A stretch of DNA of 64,000 bases from Octopus sinensis (taxonomy: Eukaryota). A program made the translations under genes and the position numbers. Positions 25,803 through 37,823 of the stretch are shown piece after piece. Position 1 is the stretch's first letter. Each line of letters begins with the position of its first letter. The stretch is from contig NC_043020.1 of assembly GCF_006345805.1 (NCBI RefSeq), forward strand, positions 20,274,001 to 20,338,000, given 5' to 3'. A model generated the notes under the pieces. That model was not told where the DNA came from. It saw nothing but the letters and a program-made list of their open reading frames with translations, and ran no database searches.

Positions 25803-26896
25803 AGCGTACGCATGTATGCACATGCATGCATTGTTACAGCTTGCAAATGAAAATGGAAGATAGTCAATATATTGTGTAGTTTGTTCATATACTAATTTAA
25901 ATTGGGGATTTTATCATTATTCAAGTTTTGTACTCTGCAAACTTCCAAGCACCTAATTCAGATATAGAACCAGTTACTTTCTTTAAAATGTCAGTCATTC
26001 TCATTGGTTACTCCATTTGTAGTGGTCAATTCTTTCTGGTGGTTGGTTGTGACCTGTCGAGTATCTGTTTGGCATTTACAATCTTTATGCTACTTTACCA
26101 CTACTACATCATTTTCAGATGTTAATTGTGTGCACAATTCCAACCAATTTTTCATATCTCATGAGTATGCATACATTTTTGTGATGATTCTGCATTTTCT
26201 GCAATGTACAGAAGGTTTATCCAAGAGTCATTTAAGGGGTACTACTATCTTTTATTGTTCAGCTTATATTTATATCTTGCTCCTCTTAAGGTTCACATAT
26301 GCAGTTGTGGAATGAATGCACGTTATATGTATATCTAATTTTAAATGTTCTGCTTGGTACCCAGATGTAGTTTTTAATCAGTATCGCTTTCTTATAAATT
26401 ATACTATAGGTTTCTTATGAATTAATTTCTTTCTTTTTTTTTTTTAAGAATTATCAACTTAATAGTTATATTCTTGATCTGTATTAGTTGTGTCCATTTT
26501 CAGCTGAAGGTTGTGGATTGCTAGCTATTTAGTTATCTCTCAGATGGTATGTTTTGGTTTCATGTATAGGCAATAGCTAACTTTTATATTATTTCTTTAA
26601 AACAGCCTATAGTCAGATGGGGAATGTTCAATGATTAGCTCTAGAAACATTTTTATTAGAATTGATGTTAAATTTAAGCTGAATGTTGAGTTGAACTAGA
26701 TCTTTCCTTTCTTAGCTCCACTGGGTTTGTTTCTCTATTTACATTAGGGATATAATGTTTCTTTCCTTTTTGAGGCTTCCTTATGGAATAGTCCAGGTTG
26801 ATTGAATACTGTTTGACTTGAGGAAATTGTGGAGATCTTTCTGCTTTAGTTACTGTGTAAAATTATTATTACTATTGAAGACGTGTAGTTGGAATA

Positions 26897-26940
<44 letters not shown>

Positions 26941-27243
26941 GTGGTTACTTGATAGATTTTATATAGTGATTGTTACTTTTTATAATTTAACTGGTTTATT
27001 TCTAAGTTGAATTCTTTAAAATTCTGAACTTAGCTGTACGAAGAACTAAAAGTACGCCCCCCAGAATATCAGTAATAAGAAACAACTATCAACTCACAAC
27101 CTTTACCTGAAAGTGAATGCAACTGAAACAAATCAAGAACACACTCATTGAGTAGTAATTGTTTAATAAGAAGGAATGTAACATTGTTGCAGCATATTTA
27201 GAACTTAAGAAAATAAATTCCACCATAATAAAAGCAGGGTAAT

Positions 27244-27521
27244 TGTTATATCCTTATTGATAAATAAATACGCTGCAATAGTGTAATAACCATATAACTG
27301 AAACAAATGCCAGTAACCACATGTAATGTAACAACAATCTTTTAGGAACTAACAATCCAAACACGCTAGCTTTGAACTGTAAACTAGCACAATACTACTT
27401 TACTTACTCAGACCGCTACTATTTATATGTAGTGGTCCAGTCCATTCTTGCCAGGGGGCGTTGTACTCTCACACAACATCTCTTCTTTTGAGATTTCGTG
27501 TTCCAAAGGAATAAAGAAATT

Positions 27522-27552
<31 letters not shown>

Positions 27553-30500
27553 AGTATCTCATTCACCTGGGCATTATCTCAAGGTGTTTGGTCTGCTTTC
27601 TTTCAGTTTCGTAATATACTCATCACCTACAGCTTTCATTCTTATATCCTGTGCCTTCACTGGTAGTTCTTGGATAACGTTTGTCATAACACTTAATTTC
27701 ACTTTCTGCCTGCAGTGCAGCTATAACAGTCTCTTCTAGTGGTTCCATATTTTTTGGAATTAATCACGAAAGGCAGGCCGCATGACCATTATTTTTCAGT
27801 GAAATGTATTGCATTTTGACCCCAACATAGCAGGCAGTTTGCAGTATGAGTTGTTAACCCTTTCTCAGATCCATAAATCAACAGTAAAGGTTTATGGTCT
27901 GTTTGCAATTAAAAATTTTGCCATGCAGAAACCTGTGAAATTTTTTAACTGCAAAAATAATTGTTAGGGCCTCCTTTTCAATTTGACTATATCTCTTCTC
28001 TGCCGTGAAACATGAACCACTCGTTTTGTACTTCTGTCTTCATATTTTTGAAGTAGAACTGCACCTAATCTGTGCTTGGAAGCATTAGATGCTACAATGA
28101 TGTCCATTTCAGGATCATAATGTGCTAACGACAAATCTGAGATTAGAATTTTTTTTATTTCTTCAAAGTGTTCTGGCATTTAGTGGACCATTTCCACTTT
28201 ACTCCTTTTTTTTTAATAAGTTGTTCAATGGAGTTCTTAACTTGTGCATATTAGGAATGCAGCGTTGGTAGTAGTTTGCCAGCCCAAGAAATGCTTGTAA
28301 AGTTGGAATATTTGTCGGCGCAGGCATATTCCTTATTTCATTTGCTCTCAACGGGTCAAGATGTCTTGCACTTTTATCAATTATTTGCCCAATTTGGAGT
28401 CAAAAGAATCCACATTTTTCTTCACTCATATGTGAAGCCGAAAACTTTAATTTTCTTAAATGCAGCTTTTATGTGTTCCACATGCTGTTCACTAGAATTA
28501 CTCTTAATCAAAATATCGTCCATTGCAAATTTACAATCAGATAACATAGCATCCATGATTTGCTGGAATATACTGGTGCTACTTTTAATCCAAAAGGTAA
28601 TCATGTGTATCTGTCTATTTATTGTCAAATGCTTTGAGCATTTTTCATCTGTAAATAGGCTTCAGACAGATCTAATTTTGAAAAATTTTTTCCACCATTT
28701 AACTTCGAAAAAATGTCCTCTGCAGTTGGGAGTGAATGGTGGTATGTTTTTATGCAGTCATTCAATCCTGTAGAGAAATCGGCACACAGCCTAAGCTTAT
28801 TATTATTTTTTTTTTAATACATATGGTGGGTGTCACTCACTTTGAGTAATCCACCTTTTTGATGACTCCACCCTTTTCGTGTCTTTCCAACACTTCATTT
28901 ATGGTTTCAGTTGCCACGAATGGTGCTTTTCTGTCTGCTTTAAATACAGGTACGTTCTCACTTACCTGGAAATAGGCTTCCGTCTTTCTACATAGACCTA
29001 AATTGTCTGATAACACTTGTGGGAGCATTTTTTCCTAATTTTTTTTTCAGTTCTTCTGAAGACTTGTTTTTAATGGGACAACCATTTATGTTATTGCAGT
29101 AAAAATGTATGGGTAGGTGCTATAAATCAAATACTTCTAACTAATCTGTGCCAAACAGATTCATTATATTACCCACAACAAATGATTTTGCTTTATCTGT
29201 CTCTCTTTGAAATGTGACGTCGATATATGATTTGCTCATCAAATGTAATTTATTGCCAGTTACACCACGCTATTTTTGCAGTTTTACATAATCTCGGTTT
29301 ACCAGTTTTTTTTCCCCAAGTATCCACATTTATAATCGAGATGTCACTACCTGTGTCTAACTGTAATTTGGTAATTACATCATTTATTTTTATGAGCACA
29401 AATTTTCTTGTTTTTCTGTTGCAATCACTCTCCACTGAAAACACCTTCGAACTTTTTGTGCTTGAGCCTCATAGTCTTGTTCTACAAGAACTTCTTTATC
29501 AAAGTTTCTGACAACTTTAGCACTTTGTGTTTTTAAATGGACAATGCTTTAAATTGGGACCTGACACTTTTTTTTTTATTGTGCTTCCTGGGATGACATA
29601 TTTAAATTTTTGCAGAGTCTTTAAGATTTACCATAGTTTGATATTCCTCTGCGATGGTCTGTAGAGATAAACTCTGGTTCGTTTGCTCCATTTTCGAGAA
29701 AATCCTAGTCTGAATTTCTCTATCTTCAGGTGCTATAAGTCCTTGCACGAAGATAAGTGATTTGAACATATCCTGGAGTTTGAAATTTTCACACAATACA
29801 GTTGACTACTCTGGTGTAGGTGATAACATCATCATCCTCATTTTTTGTTAAGTTCCAACACTCCATTCTGGTGTCGAATAATGAACTTCTATCACAAAAA
29901 ATTTTGAAAGCAGTTCCATAGTTTCTTGGAAACCAATCTCACTTGACATTTTGGACAGAATAAAGTCACAGTAACACTCATGTTTAGCAGGAGCTACCTT
30001 GTATAGTAAAAGCCTTACATTTTGCTCCTCTGACCACGACTTGCACTCATTGTTAAAAATTTTCTGTATCTTCTATAATATGCGGAAAATGTAATACTCT
30101 CCTGTGGATTATATGTAAATTTAGAATCGCATTACTGGATTTTCAGACTTCAACTGTAATTAAATTAACTATTGATGTTGTAGTATTTGTTTTTGCAACT
30201 CCTGTAGTTGTTCCTGTTGCTTTCCTTGAAGCTATACGACTGTGGCTAATAGGTTTTTCCATGATGCAGAAACTGTCAAATAACTAATGAGAGTTTCAAA
30301 TGATCCTTGTCGCCAGATGTTATATCCTTATGGAAAAATATGCTGCACAGTGTAATGATACAATTGAAACAAATGGCAGCAACCACACTGAACATAACAA
30401 TCTTTTAGGAACCAACAATCCAAACACGCAAGCTCGAATAGTAAACTTTGAACTATCAACACGCGAACTGTGGAACTAGCATGAACTACCTCACTTACTC

Positions 30501-30567
30501 AGACCAATACTATTTATGTAGTGGTCCAGTCCATTCTTGCTAGGGGGCATCATACTCTCACACAACA
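27244..30567 (-). mobile_element. Decayed Ty3/Gypsy (Mag-like) LTR retrotransposon with both LTRs
   Basis: TG..CA LTRs at 30318-30567 (5') and 27244-27478 (3'). PBS TGGCGACAAGGAT (30315-30303), PPT CAAAAGAAGAGA (27490-27479), flanks GTAAT/TTAAT. Remnants of gag (FKSLIFVQGL..PEDREI.TR), protease (LQLDTGSDISII), RT (IFQQIMDAML...MDDILI) and RNase H (AHYDPEMDIIVASNASK..LGAVL); the integrase is largely missing. Confidence 0.92.
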
Positions 30568-31464
30568 TTAATGATAAATAGTGATATCCCTTATGTAAAT
30601 GGTCCTGTGAACTGACCACGATTCATTTTGGAAAAATACAGTATCATACCAGATATATCCTTACTCAATTGTTGAAAGGAGATCTTGTCCCAATGTACAC
30701 ATCAAAATCAATTAATATTGAGTAACTGGTCAGAAGTGCAGACAGAATAAATACTTTTAAATGGTGTACTAGAGTATATGAGAGTAACACAGGTAAGCAA
30801 AAATCAGTTACTTAACAGAGTACTGCAAACTACCAAAATGATTGATAAGCAAAAACAAAATAATAATGAGAATGATAAAGGCATTTAATTGTTTGAATAT
30901 CTGAATTAGTTGTTTCAATATCTGGTCGGTATGAAACCTAAGTAGAGACCAACTCCTGTATATGTAACACACAGACACACACATTTAAAAATGAAGTCAA
31001 GAGAAAAAGTACTCTATAAGTATTTGAGACTATTGTGTAAAGGTGTTATTTCATTCTTAGGATGTGCGAAGTTTAATGTACCTTTCAGAGTCATTAAAGC
31101 ATGTACCAATCAAGTATTAGGTAGATTCTATCAACTGTGTTATAAAAACAAGTGAAACTCTAAACAGCTATGTAGTGAATCATACACAACACACACAGAC
31201 CCACCCCACCCACCCAAAAACACACACACACAAAAAAACAAAACAAAAAAAAACAGGCAGTAATGGAAATCTGACTATAACATTGCTCAGCTTAAATTGT
31301 AATAAAAATATCCCAACCATGAAAATTAAAATACAGGTTGAACAAGTCTGAAACAAAATTTATGTTAAAATCAAAATATAAACATAAAAAGAAAGTATTA
31401 TAGTTCACTCTATATAAATGACTCTAGGTTCAATCCCATTGTGTGGCATCTACTATTGTCATAA

Positions 31465-34400
31465 AATCAGAAAGACTGATTTCATGACAACCTCTTGCAG
31501 ACTACCCCATTGATGAACACCAGGGACCTTCTCTATGTGACTGGCAACTTCAATGGTCATATTGGACAACATCCAGGGAGCTTCCATGATGTACATGGTG
31601 GTAACGGATTTGGAGTCGGTTGGATGAAACCTACACTCGCCTCCTTATGAGAGCTCAAAATCTCTCGTGGAAGCGTCATCCAACCAAAATGCAAATATAT
31701 GGGAAATTACCACCTGTATCATCTCTTGTGAAAGGTAGGAGAGTCCAGTTTGCTGGACATTGTTGTAGAGCTGAAAATGAGGCAATTTCTACTCTTCTCC
31801 TCTGGAAGCCATCTACTCGCAATACCAGAGGGCGCACACTCTCCTACCCTGATGTAATCTCCAGGGATACAGGCATCCAGCAACAGGACCTCCGTAATGC
31901 TATGATGGACCGTGAAGTCTGGCGTAGCATGGTAAATTCCATTGTCTCGACCACGGTCGAACAATGATGATGATGATGGATTTGGTTCCTGCACTGAGGA
32001 AGGAACCAGGTTGCAGGAAACCTGCCAGTCACCTGTTCACCTACCAGTCTGGTGGGCACATTAGTCAGATTGACTACATTCTCACCAGGAAACAAGAAAG
32101 ATGACTACTTATAAATGCCAAAACTTTCCCAGGTGAAGAATGTGTCCCACAACATAGGTTAGTAGTTAGTGACTTCAGGATCAGGACTAAATGGCTGCCC
32201 AGATGCCCAGCATGGAAAAGGAAGGTCTGGAAGCTTAAGGATCCTGTGAATGGACAGAGATCTAGAGACATATTACATGAAGCTTTCAATGAAAAAGAGG
32301 AGGACATAGCATCACAATGTGGAGGACAACTGGAGGTTCCTACGGGACAACCTGTTAAGGGCTACTGACCAGATCTGTGGCTGGTGCAAAGTTCCCTCTT
32401 CACCTAAGGTAATGTGGTGGTGGAACAATGTAGTTGACAGGACTAATAGGAAAAAGAAATAGGCATGGAAGGACTGGAAGTGTGATGGTAGCAGGGAACT
32501 GTATCAGAAAGCTAGGAGACAGGTTTACTTAGCCAGAGGGGAAGCAGATAAGAAAAAATTTGCCAATGTTCTGCTTCAAGAGGATCAGAGCATTTTGTAT
32601 TGCAAGACAGTGTGTGACAGAGAATTGTGACGTCATAGGAGAGAAATGTGTCCACATGGATAATGGCTTGCTTGTATTTAATGATACTGCAAAGAGAGGG
32701 ACTTGGAGATGCTACTATGAAAGGTTGCTAAATGAATAGGATGAATGAGAGAAAGAGAGTCTGCCAAATGTTGACCCAGCAAAGGGATCAGCTATTTGAA
32801 TTGACAGTACCTCGGTAGATAAAACAATTAAGGGTATGAAGACAGGGAAAGACCCTGGCCCATAAAGAATCATTGCTGAGATACTTAAAATATCCAGTGG
32901 TGTAGGCTATGGTCTAGTCACCCGCATAGTCAACCAGGTGATACAAGAAGGAGTCATACTCAATGACTGGTGTAGCAGCACCGTAGTCAACTGCTACAAA
33001 GGTAAAGGTGACACATTAGATAGGAATAATTACAGAGGTATCAAATTGTTGAATCAGGTGATGAAAGATACGGAGTGGGTCATAGCCCAACTAATTAGGG
33101 AGAGAGTCAGTTTAGATGAGATACAGTTTGGGTTTGTGCCAAGAAGCACCACTGATGCTATATTTCTGGTAAGACAGCTGCAGGAAAAATCCCTAGCCAA
33201 AAATAAACCCCTGTACTTGGCTGTCGTTGACAGAGAAAGCCTTTGATAGGGTCCTCCGTTCCCTTATCTGGTGGTCAATGCGGAAACTAAGCAGAGATGA
33301 GTGGTTGATGAGAGCTGTTCAAACCATGTGCAGGGATGCTGTCAGTAAGGTGAGGGTTGGCAATGAGTTTAGTGAAGAATTCCGGGTAGAAGTAGGGGTT
33401 CACCAATGATCAGTCCTCAGCCCCTTCTTATTCATCTCAGTCCTCCAGGAAATAACTGAGGATTTCAAGACAGGCTGCCCCTGGGAGCTCCTCTATGCTG
33501 ATGATCTTGCTCTAATAGCTGAGTCACTACCAAAACAAGAGAAGTTTCAGGTGTGGTAGTAAGGTCTAGAACTGAAGGGCTTTAGAGTCAATCTAGCAAA
33601 AACCAAAGTCTTAGTAAGTAGGAAATCACAAATCCCTTCAGGTAGATGGCCTTGCTTGATCTGTAGAAAAGGTGTTGGTAGAAACTCCATAAGATGTACC
33701 CAGTGTAAGCAATGGACATATAAGAGGTGCAGCAATATCAAAGAAGGTTAACTTGGAAGATAGTTTTTGTGTATGGCAGATGCAGAGGGGCAATAAACAC
33801 CAAAAATGTACAGAAAATAGATTCCATCACACACCAGGGGGGTGGGGGGGATCTAGAAGTAGTTGATAGCTTCTGTTACCTAGGTGACCAAGTCAGTAGC
33901 AGGGGTGGATGCTCTGAGAGCATAGCTATTAGAATAAGAATAGCCTGGGAAAAGTTCAGGGAGCTCCTACCTCTGCTGGTAACAAAGAGCCTCTTGCTCA
34001 GAGTGAAAAGTAGACTGTATGATGTATGTGTGCAAACAGCTATTGCTACACGGGATGTGTAGTGTAAGCACCCTGAGAGAAAAGCTGGACATAAGAAGCA
34101 TCAGATATGGTGTGCAAGAGAGATGAGGACAGCTGTGTGAAGAAGTGTCACATCCTAACAGTGGAAGGAACCCGTGGAAGAGGTAGGCCCAGTAAGGCAT
34201 GGTGGTAAAGCATGACCTTTGAACATTGAGCCTCACAGAAGCAATGACAAGTGACTGAGACCTTTGGAGATATACTGTGCTTGAAAAAACCTGTTGAGTC
34301 AAGCGAAATCGTAGTCGAGGTTGATGCCAGTGCTGCCCGACTAGCCCCCATGTTGGTGGCAAGTAAAAAGTACCCACTACACTCTCGGAGCAGTTGGGGT

Positions 34401-34545
34401 TAGGAAGGGTATCCAGCTGCAGAAACCTTGCCAGATCAAACTGGAGCCTGGTGCAGCCTCCTGGCTTGCCAGTCCTCAGTCAAACCATCCAACCCATGCC
34501 AGCATGGAAAGTGGACGTTAAACGATGATAAATGATAATGACAGT
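31465..34545 (+). mobile_element. 5'-truncated RTE-clade LINE (APE endonuclease, RT with embedded PHD-like finger, 3' UTR and tail)
   Basis: Motifs GNFNGHIG, TYQSGG..SQIDYIL, NYRGIKLL, QFGFVP.RSTTDAIF.VRQLQEK, EKAFDRV, GVHQ.SVLSP.LF, WELLYADDLALI and VDSFCYLGD, plus the family 3' end ccaacccatgccagcatggaaagtggacgttaaacgatgat. Many stops and frameshifts. Confidence 0.95.
31614..31977 (+). mobile_element. Young RTE-related LINE 3' end nested in the endonuclease region of the older RTE
   Basis: Uninterrupted ORF 31620-31967 (TYTRLLMRAQNLSWKRHPT..QIYG.LP.VS..V..RRVQFAGHC.R) ends in (TGA)n. GGATTTGG is duplicated at 31606-31613 and 31978-31985, and the host frame (HGGNGFG / GFGS..EEG.RL) resumes after it. 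Confidence 0.9.
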
Positions 34546-35479
34546 AATACCCCCATTTTATGAGTCACCAGACTTACAAGTTTTCTTTTAAAAGAAATAT
34601 AAAAAGGTTAAACAACCATTTAGTGAGGGTGGCAAAACTGATGTTTCTACACAGGTGTATATAGTGCTGGTGTAAAAAACATACACAATATATCTAAATG
34701 AAAGTGTACAACAGACACCGACAAGAACAAAAAGAAAAGAAAAACCAGCACTTTGGAAACAAAATTTCAATGAAGTGCAAAATTTACTACTATCATAACA
34801 AATGCTTCTGCATGTCACCGACAAATTTATAGAGTGAAAAAAAGCTTCTTCTAAGCAAACAACTCTAGACTTGTTTTTGAAAAATAAGTCTAAAAGTCCA
34901 TCTACAAGTGCTTGTGAATCGGTGATTGCATCTACAAGTGACAGTGTGTGAGTGAAAGTGATTCAGAAAATGATTATAGCAATATCTTTTATTATAAATG
35001 GTCCTGATATTCTTTTTATTTTGCATAAAATATTCTTTACATAAATTTTATAGGTAAAATATTTTTCTGGGAATGAATTATGATTTATAACACTGCTACA
35101 ATAAGAAGTTATTGCTCTGCTTTATGAGTTTTTGTTTTATGAGCAGTCTCCAAGAACAAATACAGGCATTACTGTATAAATGTATAGACATATATAAGTG
35201 AAATAGAAAATACTGACAGTTGTTAGAAAACAAAAACTGTCAAATATCAACACTACAAAGGCTAGGTGAATGGTCTCACCTGACACACAGCTACTGTAGC
35301 ACATAGAGACATGCAGAAAAGGCCCACCCAGGTGAAAAGCATAAATTCACCGACAGACATACTGCAACCCGTGATCCACAAGTGTGCTCTCTCTCTCTCT
35401 CTCTCTCCTATCTTTATACATTTAGTTTTGCAACTATAATGATCTCTGCTCATCAGAGCTGGCTGGGTTTATGGTACTC

Positions 35480-35690
35480 CTAATCAAGCATTCTTGATTC
35501 ACTTGTCTCTCCTCCTCTCACCACTCTTGTCCAACATTCCCAAGTCCCACACTAATCACTATGCTCATTCCTTTTCCCCCAGAATGTTGGCTCCTCTAAA
35601 ATTCCTTCCCTGTCCATATCTATCCTGCAGATTTTGTTTTATAAAGATTCAAGAGTGACATCAATGGCATCAATCTTACCATCCTAGGAG
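35480..35690 (+). mobile_element. CR1-like LINE C-terminal remnant
   Basis: Translates PKSHTNHYAHSFSPRM...LP, resembling the RT..Y..SFFPRT..LWN.LP terminal motif of CR1-group ORF2. Confidence 0.45.
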
Positions 35691-36531
35691 AGTCTGCCCT
35701 TTCCTCAAGACCCAGCAAATGAAAAAGACAAAGTAGAAAACAAAAGTAGCCATATTAAAAGAGGCTTTATAACCTTCTGAGAACTTAAAAACTGAGGCCT
35801 TGCATATTTTCCACTTGAGAGGGGGGAGGGGGCGAGAAAGAAAAAGACACACACAGAAACAAAAGATTAGAGGAGTGGTATTAAAAATGAAATTTTTGAA
35901 GTAAATGCTGCCGGTGCCACCACCACTATCATATATGTTGGAGATAGAGCATTGTAGTATTTTGATTACAGCTCTTTATATCAATAGTTCAAATCATGCC
36001 AAGGTTAACTTGAGTTTTCATTCTTTTAGGGTTGATAAAATAAACTTAATAAATACTGGGTTGACTTTATCAACTGTATCTTTTCCCACAAACAAATTTA
36101 TCTCCTTGTGCTTGTTAGAAGTTATTATTATTGGGGGAATAATTTAGGTGAGTACCAGGATGAACTTTGCAATTCACCACTGTAGGATTCCTAAGGCACT
36201 AATTAATAAAGTGAGACCAATTCAGTTAGCTATATGCCTGTCTTAAAAATATCATTAATAATTTATATTAACCATATATTAAAATAAACAGTTAGTGGAA
36301 GATGTAGAATGCATATTCAGTCCTGATATTATAGGTTCAAATCCTATAGAAACACAATTTACTCTTCATCCTTCTAGGATTGATAAAATAAATACCAGTA
36401 ATACATTAGATTGAATAAATTGATCACAGCTTCCCCTAATCAAAAGAAATCTGAAATATTCAAGACAGACACAATAGAGTTAGAGACATGAACCAAGTGA
36501 AACAATATTTGATTGGAAAAGACCTTAATTA

Positions 36532-37823
36532 CGAGGGGCGTTCGATAAGTAATGCCTCTGACCCACTTGCAGTTGTTTGATCTAGCTGAAATTTTGCATG
36601 TGCAATTATTGATATCTCTATAGATTAAGTGGCAAATTACAGCTCTGAACTAAATGTGGTTTCTGATTTACAGGTGTTTGAACTGAGTCAAGTGTGAAAT
36701 GGAGCCTGTTGAGTGTCGAGCAGTGATCCGGTTTTTGTATTTGAAAGGACACACACCACGAGAGACTTTTGATGAAATGAAAGTAACTTATGGTGATGAT
36801 GCCCCATCATATGACCTTGTAAAACGCTGGCATCGTGAATTCAAACATGGTTGGAACTCTGTGGAAACAGCTCCCAGATCTGGTTGCCCCCCTTCTGCCA
36901 TTCATAAGGCATCTGTCCGTCAAGTTGAGGCTGCCATTTTGGAAGATCGACGCATAACTATTCGCCAAATAGCCCATGAGGTCAAGATTAGTATCGGGTC
37001 TGTGGAAACTATCATTCATGACCATTTGCATATGCTAAAGGTGTCTGCCAGATGGATTCCCAGGTTGCTCACACCTTTCCAGAAGTAAGAATGCGTCGAG
37101 TGCTCGAGGATGAATTTGAAGATGTGCCAAGAAGATGAGTCAAAATTTTTCAAAAGACAGATTACACAGGATGAAACCTGAGTCCATCACTATGATCTAG
37201 AGACAAAGGCCCAGTCAATGCAGCGGAAGCACCATGACTCACCTCCTCCAAAGAAGGCAAGGGTGCTGCCCTCCGCTGGCAAGCTCATGCTCACAGTCTT
37301 CTGGGACCAGGACGGAGTAGTGATGACAGATTTCCTGGCAAAGGGTACCACAATTACAGGAGCCTATTATGCTTCACTTTTGAGGAAATTAAGAGAAGCT
37401 ATCAAAATCAAGAGGCGGGGCAAGATCAGCAAAGGCATCCTCCTCCTGCAGGACAACGCTCCGGTCCACAACTTGCGTGTCGACAGATCAGAAGCACAGG
37501 CGTGCGGCTATGAACTCGTCCCCCATCCCCCTACTCTCCTGACCTTGCACCCTCTGATTTTCACCTCTTCCCAGCCATGAAGTTGTTTTTGAAAGGAAAG
37601 CGTTTCCCAGATGATGTAGCCTTGATTTCTGAAGTCACGTCGTGGTTGGAGAACCAAGCTGGGGTCTTCTACAAAAACGGTCTCCAGAGCTGCATCAAAC
37701 AATGGGAGAAATGCGTAACTCTGGGTGGTTCCTATATAGAAAAAGATTAATAACTGTGCCAAGTTTCGTTGCTCTACTGCTATGGGAAGTGGGTCAGGGG
37801 CATTACTTATTGAACGCCCCTCG
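36532..37823 (+). mobile_element. Near-intact 1292-bp mariner (DD34D) with TA TSD; transposase pseudogene
   Basis: TIRs of about 37 bp starting CGAGGGGCGTTC(G/A)ATAAGTAATGCC(T/C)CTGACCCACTT, with TA at 36530-31 and 37824-25. ORF from 36699: ARWIPRLLT, QDET*VHHY, LLQDNAP...HPPYSPDLAPSDFHLF (D34D). At least two premature stops and one frameshift. Confidence 0.97.

Noticed and set aside
27244-27290. Poly(A) signal in the sense-oriented 3' LTR that might truncate NCOA transcripts
   Set aside because: Only AATAAG is present, 9 nt from the LTR end; there is no canonical signal to support the claim.
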